Part shown: piece by piece, positions 59,771 to 64,000 of the stretch | How the letters are laid out: every line of letters starts with the position of its first letter | Numbering within the stretch: the first letter of the stretch is position 1 | NCBI GenBank assembly: GCA_020351855.1 | Contig: CP070670.1 | Location: 1,664,846-1,728,845 of the forward strand | Length of the DNA stretch: 64,000 nt | DNA from: Gemmatimonadota bacterium | GTDB taxonomy: Bacteria; Gemmatimonadota; Gemmatimonadetes; Palauibacterales; Palauibacteraceae | Direction: 5' to 3' | Notes under the pieces: generated by a model | Seen by the model: only the letters and a program-made list of their open reading frames with translations | What the model was told of the DNA's origin: nothing | The model's database searches: none | Translations under genes and position numbers: made by a program

Positions 59771-62392
59771 TCACGGGACGCCTCCCGACGACCCGTCGCG
59801 GCCGGCGGACGAGGTGCCCGCCGACAGGAGAGCGTTGAACAGGAGCTTGAAGGTGCCGCGGGGTTGACCGCGGAAGTACGGCCTGAAGCCGATCAGGATG
59901 ACCCGGCCGCGGCCGACGGACGTGCTCAGCATAGCCGGGCGGCCGGCGAGGTGTTGTTCGGCTCCACGCTCCCAGCCGCTGAGAAGGAGGTCCGTGGCCG
60001 CGTAGCGGGCCGTGACCGTCACTTCCGGCCGCTGCCCGCGGTCTTCCGCCCCGGCCAGGGGAACGACCTCGAATGCCCGGCTTCGCACGAAAGAGGCCGC
60101 CGTCTCCTCCGCCATCCCGAAACCGCCCGCATCGGCCGGATCCACAGCGAGGCGCAGGAGGCTTCCCGGAACGGAGAGGGTCTCCGCGGGGACCTCGCGC
60201 AAGGCGTTCCTCACGGGAAGACCGAACTGCTCGATCGCGAAATCGGCGGCGCCGTCCACCGCGATCAGGGTACCGCCTCCCTCGACCCATCGCTTGAGCT
60301 GCAGCGCCCCCTCGAGACCCAACCCGCCGGTGTATTCGTCGGGCATGGTGCCGGCCAGGTGCCCGTGCAGCGCATCATCCGCCGCCTGGTGGGGAAGGAG
60401 GATCGCATCGAACCTCGAGAGGTCGGCCTCGCGGATGTCCGCGTCGCTCAGCCTCTCGTAGGCATAGCCGTATCGCTCGAGTACCCAGCGGGCCCAACCC
60501 TCGTCCATGCTGGGGACCCAGCTGCGGTAGACGCCGATCCGGGGAGCCGCGAGCTCGACCAACTCCCCTTCGCCCAAGCCCGCTCCGATGGCGGAGAAGT
60601 CGAGGCCCGACGCCGCGGCCAGGGGACGAAGCTCCTCCGGACTCGCCTCGACGATGAACGTGCCGGGGAGCAGTTCGCGGTCTCCGACCCGGCGCGCGGA
60701 CCGGAGGCGCCAAATCCGGCGCCCGGCCTCCAGCAGGCGGTTGACCGCCGCGTACGCCTGATTCTGCTGGGGCGACAGGGCGTACCGGGCGCCCGTTCCG
60801 CCGACGCGGCCCGGCGGGAGCGCCGGCTCCTCGACCTCCTCGAGGGCGATCTCCACCGGTCCCTCGACCCGGTCGACCCCCACCCCCATCTGAAGGGGAA
60901 GCGTCCAGCCGGCCAGATCGTAGGGAGTGTCGGGAGGGCCGCCCGGATACCGCTCCTCGGCCGGGTACTCCTGCGGCTCGAGCAGATCCACGAGGTGCGC
61001 GCGGAACGGCTGGGCGGCGAGCAGCACGTAGGTGCCGCGAGGATAGTCCTCGCCGCCCGCCGAGAAGGGTCGGGTCGCGCGATGCACGCGGAGGCCGCCG
61101 AGCTTCAGGATCCGGATGAGCTCCAGCGCCTCCCCGGGATCGCGCTGCCGCTCCGGCACGATCAGATAGGCGAACGGGCCTCGGGCACCCTTGGCCCGCG
61201 CGTCGCGACCCATCCGGTGCATATCGTACAGCCAGCTCTCGCGCATGCTCGCCGCCACCTGCAGAACGCCCAACGATGCGGTCTCGAAGTACTCCACGGC
61301 GTCCCGGATCCGCCACCAGCCGCCGCGCCACGGGTGCGGGTACCAGACGCTCGGACGGTCCGCCGACATCCCGCCCCGGAAGGTGCGGGGGATGGAATCG
61401 GGTTCGTAGTACTTGGGCGTTGCGTAACGATGCAGGGCGACCTCGGTGAGAATGCCGATCTGGTTGTGGAAATAGGGGGTGGTGCGGACTCCGCCGTTCC
61501 ACCACTGGGTATAGCGTAGCCGCGAAACGGCGCCCGGCTTTCCCTCCTGGGCGAACCGCTGCTGCATCGCTGTCCCGACCAGGTTCACCCCGGCGATCAC
61601 CAGAGGCGGAATGCGCGGGTTGACCGGATCCGCGAATGGCGGGACGAAGATGCGAGCCGGAAACGGACCCGTCTGATGGTGATTCACGACGATCTGTGGG
61701 ATCCACCGCTCCCAGAGCTGGCGGGCCACCGCCCGGGTCTCCGGCTGCTGCATCATGAACCAGTCCCGGTTGTTGTCGTGCCCCGAGTACTTCTGGTAAA
61801 GGACGGGAAGCTCCGCCGTCTCGAACGGCGTTCCCAGGTTGCGCCTGTACCACTCGGCCACGAGGTCGAGGCCGTCCGGGTTCATGACCGGCATCAGAAG
61901 GAGGATGACCTCCTCGCGGATCCGCCGGAGCTCGGGATCCTCGCCGGTCACCATGCGATAGGCGAAGGCAGGCGAGAATTGGGCGCCCGCGACTTCGGTG
62001 GCATGGATGCCCGCATCGATCCACACGACGACCCTGCCCTCCCCGGCGAGCTCGCGCGCCTCGGAATCCTCGAGAGAGCCGTCCGCCAGTTGCCGCGCGA
62101 TCCCTTCAAACCGCTCGAGGGAACGCATGTTCGCCTCACTCGAGATCGTAGCAAGCAGAAGGGGACGCCCCTCCGCGCTCACGCCGATCTCCTCCACGCG
62201 AATGCGGTCCGACGCCGCATCCAGGGCCTCGAAGTAGCCGCGAATCTGCTCGTAATCGGCAAGCCTGTAGTCCTCGCCGGGTTCCCAGCCGATCACCGAC
62301 GCGGGAGTGGGGACCTGGGCGGAAAGCGGCACGGGGACCTGCACCCACAGGCACGCCAGCACGGCTGCCGCTGCAATCCTCACCGACCTCAT
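59771..62392 (-). CDS. secreted M14-family zinc carboxypeptidase-like protein (~873 aa)
   Basis: Signal peptide (MRSVRIAAAAVLACLWVQVPVPLSAQ). An M14-like zinc site (WIDAGIHATEVAGAQ ... NPDG ... HDNNRDW ... NHHQ). Large C-terminal extension. Start at the ATG at 62390-62392, since the ORF upstream of that is low complexity. Confidence 0.75.
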   Translation of the reverse strand: MRSVRIAAAAVLACLWVQVPVPLSAQVPTPASVIGWEPGEDYRLADYEQIRGYFEALDAASDRIRVEEIGVSAEGRPLLLATISSEANMRSLERFEGIARQLADGSLEDSEARELAGEGRVVVWIDAGIHATEVAGAQFSPAFAYRMVTGEDPELRRIREEVILLLMPVMNPDGLDLVAEWYRRNLGTPFETAELPVLYQKYSGHDNNRDWFMMQQPETRAVARQLWERWIPQIVVNHHQTGPFPARIFVPPFADPVNPRIPPLVIAGVNLVGTAMQQRFAQEGKPGAVSRLRYTQWWNGGVRTTPYFHNQIGILTEVALHRYATPKYYEPDSIPRTFRGGMSADRPSVWYPHPWRGGWWRIRDAVEYFETASLGVLQVAASMRESWLYDMHRMGRDARAKGARGPFAYLIVPERQRDPGEALELIRILKLGGLRVHRATRPFSAGGEDYPRGTYVLLAAQPFRAHLVDLLEPQEYPAEERYPGGPPDTPYDLAGWTLPLQMGVGVDRVEGPVEIALEEVEEPALPPGRVGGTGARYALSPQQNQAYAAVNRLLEAGRRIWRLRSARRVGDRELLPGTFIVEASPEELRPLAAASGLDFSAIGAGLGEGELVELAAPRIGVYRSWVPSMDEGWARWVLERYGYAYERLSDADIREADLSRFDAILLPHQAADDALHGHLAGTMPDEYTGGLGLEGALQLKRWVEGGGTLIAVDGAADFAIEQFGLPVRNALREVPAETLSVPGSLLRLAVDPADAGGFGMAEETAASFVRSRAFEVVPLAGAEDRGQRPEVTVTARYAATDLLLSGWERGAEQHLAGRPAMLSTSVGRGRVILIGFRPYFRGQPRGTFKLLFNALLSAGTSSAGRDGSSGGVP

Positions 62393-62502
62393 GTCGCTCC
62401 TTGCTTCGAACGCTGCCGAGGACCTTCCCGATCTCGACGATCTCGTAGCACCTGGTTGATGCGCGCGCAACGTAGAGCGATCATGCAGCACGGCCAACTC
62501 CA

Positions 62503-62508
62503 GGAGGT
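62503..62508 (+). promoter_or_regulatory. Shine-Dalgarno (aggagg) for the downstream dehydrogenase gene
   Basis: aggagg lies 8 nt upstream of the ATG at 62516. Confidence 0.6.
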
Positions 62509-62515
62509 CTTGATC

Positions 62516-63808
62516 ATGCGACGATCCCTGTTCGTAAGCGCGCTGCTCGGTACCCCTCTCCTCTGCTTGCCTGCGGGAGGCGGGCTTGCTGCCCAGGATG
62601 CGCTCTGTGACCCGGACAACGGCGGGCTGGATCTCCCACCCGGCTTCTGCGCGCGGGTCGTGGCCGATTCCGTCGGGCGGGCCCGCCATCTGGTCGTCAC
62701 CCCCGACGGGGATCTTCTCGTCGCCCTGCGAAGGGGGCGGGGGAATGGGCAGAGCGGAGGGCTCCTCGCGCTGCGCGACAACGACGGGGACGGACGAGCC
62801 GACGTCATGGAGCGCTTCGGCGAGAGCAGCGCGACGGGGATCGCACTGCGGGACGGCTTCATCTATTTCGCGGCCGACGATGCCATCCTCCGCTACCCGT
62901 ACAGGCCCGGGACGCTCGGTCCGGCCGGACCGCCGGACACCATTGTCGCGGCGTTGCCCTCCGAGCGCTCGCACGCGGCCAAGTCTGCCGCCCTGGACGC
63001 TGACGGCAACCTGTTCGTCAACGTCGGCTCGCCGTCGAACGCATGCCAGGTCGAGGACCGGGTGGCCGGCGCTCCCGGCCAGGACCCGTGCCCCGAGCTA
63101 GCCACTCGAGCAGGAATCTGGCGCTTTGACGCCGGGCGCACGGACCAGGCGCAGGCTGACGGAGAGCGGTACGCGACGGGCCTACGACACACCTTCGCCC
63201 TGGCCATCGCGCCGTGGGGAGACCTGTACGGCGTCCAGCACGGCCGGGACCAGCTCCACCAGAACTGGCCGGAGCTGTTCACCGAAGAACAGGGCGCCTA
63301 CAAGCCCTCCGAGGAGCTCGTGCGGATCGAGCGGGGAGACGACTTCGGCTGGCCCTACTGCTACCACGACCCGCAACTCAACCGACGGGTCCTCGCGCCG
63401 GAGTACGGGGGCGACGGCGAGGCGGGCGGGCGCTGCACGGGGATGAAGGAGCCCGCGTTCGCCTTCCCAGCCCATTGGGCCCCGGAGGCGATCCTGTTCT
63501 ATACCGCCGACCAGTTCCCTGAGAGATACCGTGGAGGCGCGTTCATCTCGTTCCACGGCTCCTGGAATCGGGATCCGCTCCCGCAGGAGGGGTACAACGT
63601 GGTCTTCCTGCCGTTCGAGAACGGCCGTCCGGTCGCCACGTACGAGGTCTTCGCCGATGGCTTTGCCGGCCCCGACGTGAGCCCCCGCGGGGCGCGGCAC
63701 CGTCCGACCGGACTGGCCGTCGGGCCGGACGGCGCGCTGTACCTCGCCGACGACAAGGGAGGCCGCATCTGGCGCATCCTGTTCGTCGGAAGCAGGCGGT
63801 TCATGTAG
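62516..63808 (+). CDS. secreted PQQ-dependent sugar dehydrogenase-like beta-propeller (sorbosone/glucose dehydrogenase family)
   Basis: Signal peptide (MRRSLFVSALLGTPLLCLPAGGG) and SGDH-family features (GLAVGPDGALYLADDKGGRIWRI; repeated propeller blades). Confidence 0.7.
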   Translation: MRRSLFVSALLGTPLLCLPAGGGLAAQDALCDPDNGGLDLPPGFCARVVADSVGRARHLVVTPDGDLLVALRRGRGNGQSGGLLALRDNDGDGRADVMERFGESSATGIALRDGFIYFAADDAILRYPYRPGTLGPAGPPDTIVAALPSERSHAAKSAALDADGNLFVNVGSPSNACQVEDRVAGAPGQDPCPELATRAGIWRFDAGRTDQAQADGERYATGLRHTFALAIAPWGDLYGVQHGRDQLHQNWPELFTEEQGAYKPSEELVRIERGDDFGWPYCYHDPQLNRRVLAPEYGGDGEAGGRCTGMKEPAFAFPAHWAPEAILFYTADQFPERYRGGAFISFHGSWNRDPLPQEGYNVVFLPFENGRPVATYEVFADGFAGPDVSPRGARHRPTGLAVGPDGALYLADDKGGRIWRILFVGSRRFM

Positions 63809-63852
63809 CCTGCCGAGCCCGCCGGCGTTGGATCGGTCCCCCGCGGGGCGCT

Positions 63853-64000
63853 CAGTTCTCCATATCGAGCGCCCGCAAGAGGAAGGACCAGCGATCCGTC
63901 GCCTCGGCGATCCGCTTGTCGGTCGGTTTCCCGGCGCCGTGACCGGCCTTCGTCTCGATGCGGATCAGCGCGGGGCTGGCGCAGGATTGTACCTCCTGGA
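63853..64000 (-). CDS. S9 prolyl oligopeptidase family peptidase, 3' fragment only (gene continues beyond window end)
   Basis: Minus-strand translation ends ...IETKAGHGAGKPTDKRIAEATDRWSFLLRALDMEN*. This matches the conserved C-terminus of prolyl endopeptidases (AGHGAGKP...). Confidence 0.55.

Noticed and set aside
63808-63853. Palindrome ccccgcgggg between convergent genes as a terminator
   Set aside because: The stem is short, it has no flanking T-run on either strand, and it is GC-palindromic by chance in 70% GC DNA. Left uncalled.

Overview
The window is a 64-kb, roughly 70% GC bacterial chromosomal segment, densely packed with core housekeeping genes and no obvious mobile elements, CRISPR arrays, tRNAs or rRNAs. 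I support about 70 features. Because of the GC content, almost every real gene is shadowed by long Arg/Ala/Gly/Pro-rich antisense ORFs, which I rejected.

Genes recognised from conserved motifs, in window order:
- punA (5' fragment), yggS, and the tonB-exbB-exbD-exbD energy-transducer cluster.
- cdaA-folP-ftsH-hpt-tilS, then frr-pyrH-tsf-rpsB and rplM-rpsI.
- A sigma-70 family factor, lepB, an aldehyde dehydrogenase, thpR/ligT, queD, a Kef-type CPA2 antiporter with an RCK domain, comM, ppa and a creatininase-family protein.
- A Yip1 membrane protein, a MacA/MacB-type efflux set with two FtsX permeases, and a PIG-L/LmbE deacetylase.
- iscS-mnmA, dnaJ-grpE, a CinA-domain protein, pgsA, and recR-ybaB-dnaX.
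- A probable SRP RNA (ffs) upstream of dnaX, which no ORF explains.
- yraN, a DAHP synthase, an MBL-fold hydrolase and smc.
- rsfS-rplI-DUF2232-rpsR-rpsF, membrane H+-pyrophosphatase hppA, and pth-rplY-prs.
- Two tandem mscS paralogs, a large secreted M14 carboxypeptidase, a sorbosone-dehydrogenase-like beta-propeller and the 3' end of an S9 peptidase.

The most interesting region is a translationally coupled operon rsfS -> SPOR lipoprotein -> SPOR membrane protein -> smc. The SPOR protein immediately upstream of smc carries an N-terminal MinD/ParA-like domain whose Walker A lysine and Walker A' aspartates are replaced, which makes it a predicted pseudo-ATPase. It also contains a perfect 3 x 30-bp tandem repeat, followed by a transmembrane segment and two SPOR domains.

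Other notes:
- tilS has no canonical start codon upstream of its PP-loop.
- cdaA carries a low-complexity tail and sits directly upstream of the TonB system, with no cdaR.
- DUF2232 (YybS) sits at the Firmicutes-like rpsR/rplI locus without gdpP.
- rpsF, rpsB and rplY carry acidic or low-complexity C-terminal extensions.
- A 24-bp tandem duplication spans the dnaJ stop codon.
- Three rho-independent terminators are called.
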